Assembly: GCA_964588985.1 (NCBI GenBank)
Contig: CAZPQW010000022.1
Coordinates: forward strand, 1 to 56,103
DNA length: 56,103 nucleotides
Source: an uncultured Solirubrobacteraceae bacterium
GTDB lineage: Bacteria; Actinomycetota; Thermoleophilia; Solirubrobacterales; Solirubrobacteraceae
Direction of reading: 5' to 3'
Shown here: piece after piece, positions 38,484-46,828 of the stretch
Layout: each line of letters opens with the position of its first letter
Numbering within the stretch: position 1 is the stretch's first letter
Made by a program: the position numbers and the translations under genes
The notes under the pieces: generated by a model
What the model saw: only the letters and a program-made list of their open reading frames with translations
Databases searched by the model: none
What the model was told of the DNA's origin: nothing

Positions 38484-38981
38484 TCAGTCCGAGACGGCGC
38501 CGTTTACGTGGACGGTGATGGCGTCCTTGTTGGATTCCTGGATGACGCCGTTGAAGCCGAGCCCGGTACCGCGGATGTGGGCGTAGCTCCCCGATCCACG
38601 GGTGATGGACAGCGTGCCGGAGAACGAGGCGGTGCTTCCGTGTCGCCGGTAGCTCGCGGTGGCGTATCCGGTGATCGAGCCGCCGCCGGTTGGATAGATG
38701 TTCAGTTCGGCCTTCGCGCGGCTGCTCGAGACGAGCGTGAGATGGACGTAGATGGCGCCGCGGGCGGTGCCGGTGGCGGTGCCCTGCTCGTTGAGTGTGA
38801 AGTTGTGTTTGCTCGTCAGGTGAAGATGCCCGGTCTCGTTCAGCGAGCTCGTCCGTGCGGCGCGTGCTGAGGACGCGCTTGCCGGTGCGATCGCGGAGCC
38901 GACGGTCGATGAGATCAGCAGCGCCGCGGCGAGAAGCCTCGATCCGGCGCGCAGGCGGTGGATGTGCCCTGGCGCGCTCAT
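38484..38981 (-). CDS. Secreted beta-barrel-like protein (dirigent/allene-oxide-cyclase-like motif)
   Basis: Signal peptide; alternating beta-strand pattern; GTLSITRGSGSYAHIRG; ATGA overlap with the upstream gene. Confidence 0.75.
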   Translation of the reverse strand: MSAPGHIHRLRAGSRLLAAALLISSTVGSAIAPASASSARAARTSSLNETGHLHLTSKHNFTLNEQGTATGTARGAIYVHLTLVSSSRAKAELNIYPTGGGSITGYATASYRRHGSTASFSGTLSITRGSGSYAHIRGTGLGFNGVIQESNKDAITVHVNGAVSD

Positions 38982-39697
38982 GACGGGCATCGAACGGTCG
39001 TGGATGTGGCGCTGTGCGATCCGTCGGCGTATGTGAATTCGGCGGCGAACGGGAAGCCTCCGGCCGGACACGATCGCGGTACCACGATCGCGGGGGCGGT
39101 GCGCGCGTGTCGGCGCCCGACAGTGAGCGAGAGGGTGACGATCGAGGCGTCCGGCTCGAGCGGCACGGTGTGAATCGCGGGGGTGGTCATGGTGATCCCT
39201 TCTCCGTATGGCGGGTCGCTTTGGGTCACGGCGCCGGTGAGCACGGTGCGTTGGTCGTAGGGGGTGTATCCCTGCCCGAGAACCTCGAAGGCCGGCTGGA
39301 GGTTGTGCGGGGAGCCGAGGAACGCGGACAGGGCGATGGTCTCGGTGATGATCTGCGAGCCGGCTCGCCCCTCGAGGAGCGCGTGGCCGCCGCCGAGCCT
39401 CGCCTGTGCCGGGCAGCCGCCGGCGCCGTCGGTGCGAAGGCGTCGAGTGCTGCAGCTGTGCAGCGTTGGTACCGAGATGCTCATCCCGGCGGGAAATCTC
39501 AGTACCGAGCGACGGACGGGGGCGGGCACTCCGAGCTCGCCTCCCGAGTAGTGGATGGTGAGCGTGAGAGCCGCGTGTGCGCCGAGCCTGTCGGGCGACA
39601 GCGACGGGACGATGGTCGCGGTCGTGGGGTCCGCCAGGGCGGCGGAGGGGAGCGCTGTGAGGGTGAGGAGCGCGAGTGTGACGGTCGAGAGACGCAT
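38978..39697 (-). CDS. Secreted four-Cys protein, paralog of 39705..40490
   Basis: Signal peptide ending ALA; PDRLG, PAG, C-x12-CPA, PYG.G, DAS, CPAGGFPF...ADG...CP. Confidence 0.8.
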   Translation of the reverse strand: MRLSTVTLALLTLTALPSAALADPTTATIVPSLSPDRLGAHAALTLTIHYSGGELGVPAPVRRSVLRFPAGMSISVPTLHSCSTRRLRTDGAGGCPAQARLGGGHALLEGRAGSQIITETIALSAFLGSPHNLQPAFEVLGQGYTPYDQRTVLTGAVTQSDPPYGEGITMTTPAIHTVPLEPDASIVTLSLTVGRRHARTAPAIVVPRSCPAGGFPFAAEFTYADGSHSATSTTVRCPS

Positions 39698-39704
39698 CCG
39701 CGAT

Positions 39705-40490
39705 TCAGCTCCTGGGGCAGGGGATGAGTGCGTTTGCGGTGGTTGTGGTGCCGTCGGCGAAATCGAAGGCGCTTTGGAAGGGGAACCCACCGGGCGGGCA
39801 CGTCTTCGGCGAGATCAGGCCTCTGAGGCGCTGCAACGCTCGCTTTCCGTGAACCGTCTCGTAGTAGGCCACGTTGGGAGAGCCGAGCGTGATGAAGGCG
39901 CTTTCGACGGATGCGTCGGAGGCGCCGGGGATCGTCGGTATGAGCGGCACTTCGACGCTGAACCCGAGCCCGTAGGGCTTTGGCGCTTTGATTTCCCTGG
40001 CCGTGAGGACGAGTTCGATCGACGCGGGGTTGGTGGCGCGCACATACGCCAGGAGCGCGAGGTGTCCCGCTTCCCGCGGTGCGAGGAACAGGTCGACGGT
40101 GAACTGCTCCCGGATTGTTTCCCCGGCCAGCTGGAACAGCCCGACTCCGCCGCCGAATCCGGCGCGCGAGTTGGCGGGGCAGGCGCTCGGGCCGACCCGT
40201 TCGAGCTTGACGGCGGTGCAGGTGCCGGCGCCGCGGAGGTCGATCCTCGCTCCGGCGGGCGTGTAGAAGGCGACTTTGGTGACGGGCGAGGGGATGCCGC
40301 CGTCGGCGGAGGCGAGCTGGCCGGTTGCGGAGAGGTTGGTCGGAACGCCGAGCCTGTCGGGGGTGAAGCGCGCGTGAAGCGCGATCGACTGCGTGCTCGA
40401 GGCGACGGTCGCGGTGGCCAGCAAACCACCGATCAATGTCCGTGTGACGAGATGGTGTGTGATGGTGTGATAGAACACTGTTGAATGCAT
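39705..40490 (-). CDS. Secreted four-Cys protein, paralog of 38978..39697
   Basis: Same motif series (PDRLG, C-x12-CPA, PYGLG, DAS, CPPGGFPF...ADG...CP). Start uncertain: ATG 40490 or GTG 40478. Confidence 0.78.
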   Translation of the reverse strand: MHSTVFYHTITHHLVTRTLIGGLLATATVASSTQSIALHARFTPDRLGVPTNLSATGQLASADGGIPSPVTKVAFYTPAGARIDLRGAGTCTAVKLERVGPSACPANSRAGFGGGVGLFQLAGETIREQFTVDLFLAPREAGHLALLAYVRATNPASIELVLTAREIKAPKPYGLGFSVEVPLIPTIPGASDASVESAFITLGSPNVAYYETVHGKRALQRLRGLISPKTCPPGGFPFQSAFDFADGTTTTANALIPCPRS

Positions 40491-40511
40491 CCAAGCAGAC
40501 AGGTGATAGAA
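40451..40511. promoter_or_regulatory. Repeated motifs near the divergent promoter region (candidate PadR operators)
   Basis: GTGATAGAA at 40467 and 40503; imperfect palindrome GTGT-GATAGA-ACAC; tandem GATGGTGTG(T/A) x2. Confidence 0.45.
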
Positions 40512-40561
40512 ACGCAAGGGACCTCGTGGGACCGGTTCTGGAGGACCGATCGGGCGGCGCG

Positions 40562-41107
40562 ATGCGCCTGAAATCGACCGCGTATCTGCTGCTGGGGATG
40601 CTCCGGATGGGGGTGAGCTCCGGCTATGCGATCAAGCGCACGGCCGATGCGTCGACGCATTTCTTCTGGCCGACGTCCCTGGCGCAGGTGTACCCACAGC
40701 TGGCCGAGTTGGAGGGGCGCGGGCTGGTCAGCCGGCGCGACGACCACCATGGCGCCCGCGTGCGGTCGGCGTATGAGCTGACATCAGAGGGCGAGGCGAT
40801 GCTGCAGACGTGGTTGCGCTCGGACCGTGAAGTGGCGCCGCAGATGCGCGACGAGGGCCTGCTGCGGATGTTCTTCGCGGACGCTCTACCGGAGGAGGAG
40901 CAGCTGGCGCTGGTGGGCAGGCTGCGCCGACGCGCACAGCGCTTCGAGGCGGTGATGCGCCGCGAGGGTCTGGTGGCCGCGAAGGCGGTGCGCGAGCACC
41001 AGGGGCTACGCTTCCCGGAGATCGCGGCCCGCTTCGGCGCCGACCTGTGGTCGTTCTGCGACGACTGGCTGGCGAACCTGGAATCGGAGCTGGAAGCCGA
41101 CGCCTAG
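40562..41107 (+). CDS. PadR-family transcriptional regulator with C-terminal helical domain
   Basis: LLLGML...SGYAIK...FFW..S..QVYPQL..LE..GLV, YELT..G...L..WL, RDE.LLR.FF. Confidence 0.92.
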   Translation: MRLKSTAYLLLGMLRMGVSSGYAIKRTADASTHFFWPTSLAQVYPQLAELEGRGLVSRRDDHHGARVRSAYELTSEGEAMLQTWLRSDREVAPQMRDEGLLRMFFADALPEEEQLALVGRLRRRAQRFEAVMRREGLVAAKAVREHQGLRFPEIAARFGADLWSFCDDWLANLESELEADA

Positions 41108-41871
41108 CGGAACATGTCCTCCTCGAGCGGGCGCAGCAGCGCGGCCGCTCCGGGACCGTCCTCGACGGTGACGAAGCGCTCGAGGCCGTCGATGACGACG
41201 ACGGGTTCGCGGGAGTCCTTGGCGCGCGCGAGGTCGGCGGTCGCGGCGGCGGCGTCGGCGATGGCGAGCCATGTGGCTTTGAGCTCCATGCCGCTCGCGT
41301 CGGTGCGCCCGCGCCAGTCGTCGAGCGGCGCGAGGCCGGCGAGCCCGATGGCGACGTCGACCTGTCCGTGGCGCCATGCTCGGCCGAAGCTGTCGGTGAC
41401 GAGCACCGCTGGCGGTGGCGCTCCGGTCAGCTCGCGCAGGCGCGCACGAATCATCCGGGCGGAGGCGTCGGGGTCTCGCGGGAGCAGGAGCAGCGTTTCG
41501 CTCCCGCCGTCGGGCGAGGCGTTGGAGGCGTCGACGCCGGCGTTGGCGCAGACGAAGCCGTGGCGGGTGCGGCAGATGAGCACGCCGCGCTCTGCGCGCA
41601 GCACCTCGGTGGACTGGTCGAGCACGACCTGGATCGCGCGCGGGTCCCGGCCCTGCTCGGCGCCCAGCTCCCGCGCACGCTCGCTCGGGAGGATGCCGTC
41701 GAGCGCGACGATCGCGCCCTCGGCCTTCGAGACGACCGTGTGGGCGATCGCGAGGACCTGGCCGGCGTGCGGTGTGTCGTCGCCGAGCGCGGCGAGGATC
41801 AGGGCGGCGAGGTCGTCGCCGGGGCGCACCTCGGGGATGCGTGGGATGCCACGTGCGGAGAGGCTCGACAT
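41104..41871 (-). CDS. cofE: Coenzyme F420-0:L-glutamate ligase (single domain)
   Basis: PEVRPGDDL, VVSKAEG, GFVCANAGVDASN, LLPRDPDASA, DSFGRAWR.G..DVAIG, D.FR end. Confidence 0.93.
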   Translation of the reverse strand: MSSLSARGIPRIPEVRPGDDLAALILAALGDDTPHAGQVLAIAHTVVSKAEGAIVALDGILPSERARELGAEQGRDPRAIQVVLDQSTEVLRAERGVLICRTRHGFVCANAGVDASNASPDGGSETLLLLPRDPDASARMIRARLRELTGAPPPAVLVTDSFGRAWRHGQVDVAIGLAGLAPLDDWRGRTDASGMELKATWLAIADAAAATADLARAKDSREPVVVIDGLERFVTVEDGPGAAALLRPLEEDMFR

Positions 41872-41884
41872 CGAGCGGGGCGGC

Positions 41885-42568
41885 TCAGGCGGTGGTTGCG
41901 ATTGTTATGACATCCGTGCGTGCGGGCTGGCCGAGAACGGAGCGGGTGCGCGAGGACCGGGCGGAGTGACCGCTCAGACGGTCTCGCAGGGCGGCGAGGT
42001 CGGCGCCGGTGTCGATGTCGAGCAGCAGCGAGGAGAGCCGCTCGACGCGTGGGTCGATGCCGGCGTCGCGCGCGAGCCGCTCGTGGCGCTCGCGGCTGTC
42101 GGGCCCGAAGCTCGGCGCGATCGCGTCGGGCGGCGCGAGCAGCAAGCCGTTGGTGCCGGAGCCATGGCGGTCGGGGACGATCGTGACGGCGGGCGCCGGT
42201 GCGGGGGAGCCGAGCAGCGCGTCGAGCTCGGCGGGGTCGAGCGCGGGGCAGTCGCCAGGGACGCACAGCACGCGTTCGAAGCCATCGGCGAGCGCGCGCT
42301 CGATCCCGAGGCGCGCCGCTGCGGACTGGCCTTCCTCGGCGTGGTCGTCGATCACCAACGCCCCAAGCTCGGCTGCCGACTCCGCCACCGACTCCTCGCG
42401 GGTGACGACGATGGTGCGCTCGATCGACTCGGTCTGCGCGAGCGCGAGCAGCACGTCGGCGACCATCGCGCGCGCCAGCTCGAGACGCAGCGGGTCGGCG
42501 ACGCTCTCGCCGAGGCGCTGCTTGGCGCGGGCGAAGCTCTTGACGGGGAGGATCGCTGCGGTGCGCAT
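41885..42568 (-). CDS. cofC: 2-phospho-L-lactate/PEP guanylyltransferase
   Basis: LPVKSF..AKQRL, PGDCP, PDRHGSGTNGL, FGPDS..RH, DIDT.ADL. Confidence 0.93.
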   Translation of the reverse strand: MRTAAILPVKSFARAKQRLGESVADPLRLELARAMVADVLLALAQTESIERTIVVTREESVAESAAELGALVIDDHAEEGQSAAARLGIERALADGFERVLCVPGDCPALDPAELDALLGSPAPAPAVTIVPDRHGSGTNGLLLAPPDAIAPSFGPDSRERHERLARDAGIDPRVERLSSLLLDIDTGADLAALRDRLSGHSARSSRTRSVLGQPARTDVITIATTA

Positions 42569-42622
42569 GTGCGCAGACGATAGTGATGGCGCGCCCGAGG
42601 ACCGGCTCGCGGTGGCGCGCAG

Positions 42623-43540
42623 CTACGCGAGCGCCTGCGCGAACGACAGCGTCTGCTCGGCGACGCGCGCTCGCGCGGCGGCGTCGTCCATGCGGGTGTC
42701 GGTCTGAAGCGTGGGCAGCGTGGCGACGTTCTCGTCGGCGACGATCCCGTCGAGCAGCTCGCCGTAGAAGTCCGCGATGCCGGCGGCGCCGAGCTCGAGC
42801 GCGGCGAACGCCATGAACGCGGCGGTGGGCCCCTTGAGCACCTGCCCGCCGACGATCGGGCTGACGGCGACGACGGGCGCCTCGGCGGCGTGCAGCGCCT
42901 CGCGTATTCCGGGGACGGCGAGGATCGGTGCGATCGAGACGAGCGGGTTGGACGGCCCGATGACGATCGCACTCGCGCCGGCGATCGCGGCGAGCACGTC
43001 GGCGCTCGGCTTGGCCTGCTCGGCGCCGCGGTACTCGACGCCCTCGACGAGCCCCTCGGCGCGCTCGCGGATCATGAACTCCTGAAACGCGCACCAGCCG
43101 GCGGAGGCGGTGCGAACCCACGTGTGGACGGGGTCGTCGCTCATCGGCAGCACCGTGGAGCGAACGCCGATCGCGTCGTTGAGCCGTGCGAGCGCGGCGG
43201 TGGGGGAGAGCCCCTCGGCGATCATCCTGGCGCGCTCGACGCACCAGGCGAGGTCGCGGTCGCCGAGGTTGAACCACACGTCGACGCCGAGCGCGCGCAG
43301 GCCGTCCATGACGGCGAACGTGTCGTCGCGCAGGCCCCAGCCGCGCTCGTCGATGAGGTCGGCGAGCCAGAAGGACACGAGGTCGGGGTCGGGCGAGACG
43401 TAGGAGCCGTAGATCTCGACGTCGTCGCCGGTGTTGACGATCGTGGTGAGGTGCTCGGGGCCGACCGCGTCGGCCATGCCGCGCGCGAGCTTCGCTCCAC
43501 CGGAGCCGCCGGAGAGGAGGACTACGTCCGTGGTGCTCAC
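42623..43540 (-). CDS. cofD: 2-phospho-L-lactate transferase
   Basis: LSGGSGGAKL, VNTGDD, SPDPD, WFNLGDRD, PMSDD, FQEF, GPSNP..SI.PI, KGP. Confidence 0.93.
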   Translation of the reverse strand: MSTTDVVLLSGGSGGAKLARGMADAVGPEHLTTIVNTGDDVEIYGSYVSPDPDLVSFWLADLIDERGWGLRDDTFAVMDGLRALGVDVWFNLGDRDLAWCVERARMIAEGLSPTAALARLNDAIGVRSTVLPMSDDPVHTWVRTASAGWCAFQEFMIRERAEGLVEGVEYRGAEQAKPSADVLAAIAGASAIVIGPSNPLVSIAPILAVPGIREALHAAEAPVVAVSPIVGGQVLKGPTAAFMAFAALELGAAGIADFYGELLDGIVADENVATLPTLQTDTRMDDAAARARVAEQTLSFAQALA

Positions 43541-44232
43541 TCCCACAGCTTGTCGGGCAGGTTGGTGAGGCGGATGCCGGCGTGGGCCTTGTAGCGGGAG
43601 TTGACGGCGATCAGCATGGCGGTGAGCGACTCGGTGGTGCGAGCCATCTCCAGGCGCCCGCAGTCGACGCAGCGCAGGCCGTCGATCCGCTCGATCAGCG
43701 CGGCGGCCTCGCGCTTGTCGGCGCGCGAGTCGCCGCACACGAGCACGTCCTGTTCGAGCGGGTGCTCGAGGTTGGCGAGCGACGCGGCGCTGACGGTGTG
43801 CAGGGCTGAGACGACGCGCACGCCGTCGGGCGCCATCTCGAGCGCCTGCTGCGCGGCGGAGCCCTGCCAGACGCCGAGCATGCGCGTGGCCTTGCCGCTG
43901 ACGGCGGCGGCGAGCGGGACGGTGGCGTCGATCAGCAGCTGGCCGGGCTGGAGCGCGTCCTTGAGGTTGGTGAGGGTCTCGGACTGGTTGCGGAACGGCA
44001 CGCTGAGGATCACGGTGTTCGCGGCGCGGGCGGCGCCGGCGTTGTCGTGCGCTGTGAACGTGCCATCGGGGATGGCCTCACGCGCCCGCTCGGCGGTCTC
44101 CTCGGCGCGTGCGAGCTCGCGCGAGCCGATCGCGATCGGCACGCCGACGCGGGCGAGTCTGACGGCGAGACCGAAGCCGAGGGCGCCCGAGGCGCCGATG
44201 ACGGCGACCGGATCGGAGTTGGCGGGAGTCAC
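43537..44232 (-). CDS. npdG: NADPH-dependent F420 reductase
   Basis: IGASGALG.GLA, IGSR, DATVPL, GSAA, VSALHTVSA, DVLVCGD, T..LI.VN.RYK...GIR. Confidence 0.9.
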   Translation of the reverse strand: MTPANSDPVAVIGASGALGFGLAVRLARVGVPIAIGSRELARAEETAERAREAIPDGTFTAHDNAGAARAANTVILSVPFRNQSETLTNLKDALQPGQLLIDATVPLAAAVSGKATRMLGVWQGSAAQQALEMAPDGVRVVSALHTVSAASLANLEHPLEQDVLVCGDSRADKREAAALIERIDGLRCVDCGRLEMARTTESLTAMLIAVNSRYKAHAGIRLTNLPDKLWE

Positions 44233-44240
44233 GGGCGCCG

Positions 44241-44250
44241 AGTATAGGCT
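44241..44250. promoter_or_regulatory. Overlapping divergent -10 elements (npdG and HMG-CoA lyase)
   Basis: AGTATAGGCT contains TATACT on the minus strand (8 nt before GTG 44232) and TAGGCT on the plus strand (7 nt before ATG 44258). Confidence 0.6.
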
Positions 44251-44257
44251 TCGAGCC

Positions 44258-45178
44258 ATGGTGGATCTGCCGAGCCGTGTGCGCATCAGGGAGGTGGGTC
44301 CGCGCGACGGCTTCCAGAACGAGCCGGAGATCCTGCCGACGGAGCGCAAGGTGGAGCTGATCGACGCGCTCGCGCGAACTGGTCTGAAGCGGCTGGAGGT
44401 GACGAGCTTCGTGCGGGCGGACGTGATCCCGCAGCTGGCGGACGCGGCGGAGGTGCTGGAGCGCGTGACCATCCCCGAGGGGGTGGCGGTGAGCGTGCTG
44501 ATCCCCAACGAGCGCGGCCTCGACGCGGCGCTCGAACACCGCGAGCGGATCGATGAGATCAACGTGTTCCTGTCGGCGTCGGAGACCCACAACCGCAAGA
44601 ACGTGAACCGCTCGATCGCGGAGTCGCTGGCGGGCGTGGAGGCGGTGCTGGGACGCGCGCGGGAGGCGGGGCTGCGCTGCGAGGGAGTGATCTCGACGTC
44701 GTTCGGATGTCCTTACGAGGGCCACGTGCCGCCCGAGCGGGTGCTGGAGATCGCGGCGGCGATGCGCGACGCTGGCGCGCAGGAGATCGGCTTCGGCGAC
44801 ACGACCGGCATGGCCAACCCGCGCCAGGTGCGCGAGTTCTTCGCCGAGGCCGGCGCTCGGCTCGGCGATGAGGTGGAGCTGACAGCCCACTTCCACAACA
44901 CGCGTGGACAGGGGCTCGCGAACGCGCTCGCGGCGCTGGAGGCGGGGGTGACGAGCTTCGAGTCGAGCTTCGGCGAGCTGGGCGGCTGCCCGGTGCCGGC
45001 GGGCGCGACCGGCAACATTGCCACCGAGGATCTCGTGTCGATGCTCCACGAGATGGGGATCGAGACGGGCATCGACCTCGACGCGTTGCTGGCGTGCGCG
45101 CGCCGCGCGCAGGAGATCCTCGGTCGTCCGCTCGGGAGCCACACGCTGGTGGCCGGCCCGGTGAGCTGGAGATCCTAG
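44258..45178 (+). CDS. Hydroxymethylglutaryl-CoA lyase family protein
   Basis: EVGPRDGFQNE, SFGCPYEG, GDTTG.ANP, HFHNTRG, GGCP...GATGNIATED. Confidence 0.92.
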   Translation: MVDLPSRVRIREVGPRDGFQNEPEILPTERKVELIDALARTGLKRLEVTSFVRADVIPQLADAAEVLERVTIPEGVAVSVLIPNERGLDAALEHRERIDEINVFLSASETHNRKNVNRSIAESLAGVEAVLGRAREAGLRCEGVISTSFGCPYEGHVPPERVLEIAAAMRDAGAQEIGFGDTTGMANPRQVREFFAEAGARLGDEVELTAHFHNTRGQGLANALAALEAGVTSFESSFGELGGCPVPAGATGNIATEDLVSMLHEMGIETGIDLDALLACARRAQEILGRPLGSHTLVAGPVSWRS

Positions 45179-45942
45179 CCCGCGACCGGCTCCTGGGCCT
45201 CGTCGGCCTGGCGGATCTGCTCGCGCACGGCGGCTACGCAGTACTCCTGCACCGAGACCTCCATCTCGAGCGACTGCGCGAGCGTGGGGCGGGCGGAGGC
45301 GTCGATGACGCGCTTGGCGCGACCGACGGCGATGTGCGAGTTGGCGAGCAGTTCCTCGACGAGCGCGTCGGTGGCCTGCTCGAGCTCCTCGGCGGGCACG
45401 ACGCGGTTTACGAGTCCGATGCGCTCGGCCTCGGCGGCGTCGATCAGGCGGGCGGTCATGATCAGCTCCTTGGCGCGCCCGAGTCCCACGACGGCGGGCA
45501 GGCGGGTGGAGCCGCCGACGTCGGGGATGATCCCGAATTTGACCTCGGGGAGCCCGAGCTTGGAGTCGCTCGACGCGATCCGCAGGTCACAGCCGAGCGC
45601 GACCTCGAGGGCTCCGCCGACGCACGCGCGGTGGATCTGGCAGATGACCGGCTTGGCCATCGATTCGCACAGGTTCGCGCACTCGAGGAATACGTTCCTG
45701 AACGGGCGCAGCACGGCGGGGTCGCCGGCGAACGAGCCGAGCTCCTCGAGGTCCACGCCCGCGGAGAACACGGGCCCCTCGCCGCGCAGGACGACGCAGT
45801 GCACGGAGCTGTCGTCCGCGGCGGCGCGCAGTTCCCGGCCGAGCGCGAGCAGCAGCACCTGGTTCATCGCGTTGCGCTTCTCCGGGCGGTTCAAGACGAT
45901 GTGGCGGACCGCGCCGCGGTCCTCAGTGACGACGATGCTCAT
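45175..45942 (-). CDS. Enoyl-CoA hydratase/isomerase
   Basis: LNRPEKRNA, FSAGVDL, GGALE.AL.CD.RIA, LPEVKFG..PD.GG. Confidence 0.92.
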   Translation of the reverse strand: MSIVVTEDRGAVRHIVLNRPEKRNAMNQVLLLALGRELRAAADDSSVHCVVLRGEGPVFSAGVDLEELGSFAGDPAVLRPFRNVFLECANLCESMAKPVICQIHRACVGGALEVALGCDLRIASSDSKLGLPEVKFGIIPDVGGSTRLPAVVGLGRAKELIMTARLIDAAEAERIGLVNRVVPAEELEQATDALVEELLANSHIAVGRAKRVIDASARPTLAQSLEMEVSVQEYCVAAVREQIRQADEAQEPVAG

Positions 45943-46000
45943 CGCGGGCTCCTCGAGTGGGTGGTGTGGTCCACCAGCCTAAACCGCGAGCGCCTCGTGT

Positions 46001-46816
46001 TCAGCTCAAATCCAACACCGGCGTCGGCGGCTCGATCGCTTCGTCGTAGCCCTCGCGCGGAACGATGGCGGTGCCGACGGCGAAGAACTCGATCGTGTGG
46101 CTGCCCCAGCCGTGGCTCTTCTCCTGCAGCTGGACGCCCACGATGCCCTCCGCGCCGAGCTCCTGCGCCTCGCTCTGCATCCGCTCCATCGCGAGCTCGC
46201 GCGCGTCGTAGAGGGCCTGGGTGAAGTTCGACAGCTCCACGTTGCGCCCCGTCTGGGCCATCGACTGCATCATCCCGCGGTGCGCGACGTGGTAGACGCA
46301 GCTGCCCATCACCATCCCCACCGGCCGGTGCCCGGTGCGCAGCAGCGTCCAGAAGTCCTGGCCTGAGAGATCGCTCGTGAACGGCCGCCCGTTGGGCGCG
46401 CGGTGAAGCACACCCTCGCTGTGCTTGACGGCGGTGCCGATCGCGATGAACTCCGCCATGTCCTGCCCCCACTCGTAGCGGCCGATGTCCAGGCGCACGC
46501 CGACCACTCCGTCGGCGCCGAGCTGGTCGGCCTCCTCCTCCATGCGCGTCATCGCGAGCTGGCGCGCGCCGTACATCGCCTCCGACAGGACCGTCATCTC
46601 CTGGCTTTTCTTCCACCCCGACATCTGGATGCCGATGTGGTAGATCGAGCTGCCCACCACCAGCCCCACGGGGTCGAAGCCGGCCTGCTTGACGAGCAGG
46701 AACTCGTTCACCGACAGGTCGGAGGTGAACAGCCCCTGGCGGTTCTGCTCCAGACGCGCGCGCCCCGCCTCGGGGACGCCCTCGAGGGAGGTGGGGTCAT
46801 AGCTGGGCTCGGGCAT
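46001..46816 (-). CDS. Tandem YbjQ/UPF0145-like domain protein
   Basis: Two repeats of FTSDLS...G..PVG.V.GS..YH...AR.LAM.RM..EA..LGA.G.VGV...EF.A.GTA. Confidence 0.88.
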   Translation of the reverse strand: MPEPSYDPTSLEGVPEAGRARLEQNRQGLFTSDLSVNEFLLVKQAGFDPVGLVVGSSIYHIGIQMSGWKKSQEMTVLSEAMYGARQLAMTRMEEEADQLGADGVVGVRLDIGRYEWGQDMAEFIAIGTAVKHSEGVLHRAPNGRPFTSDLSGQDFWTLLRTGHRPVGMVMGSCVYHVAHRGMMQSMAQTGRNVELSNFTQALYDARELAMERMQSEAQELGAEGIVGVQLQEKSHGWGSHTIEFFAVGTAIVPREGYDEAIEPPTPVLDLS

Positions 46817-46828
46817 GCTTCGGCTCCT

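Noticed and set aside
35282-40490. RiPP or bacteriocin export cluster
   Set aside because: No precursor peptide, modifying enzyme or peptidase-ABC. The associated proteins are 165-260 aa and carry ordinary signal peptides.
40451-40511. Short repeats as a CRISPR remnant
   Set aside because: Only two 9-10 bp units and no cas genes. No CRISPR array was seen anywhere in the window.
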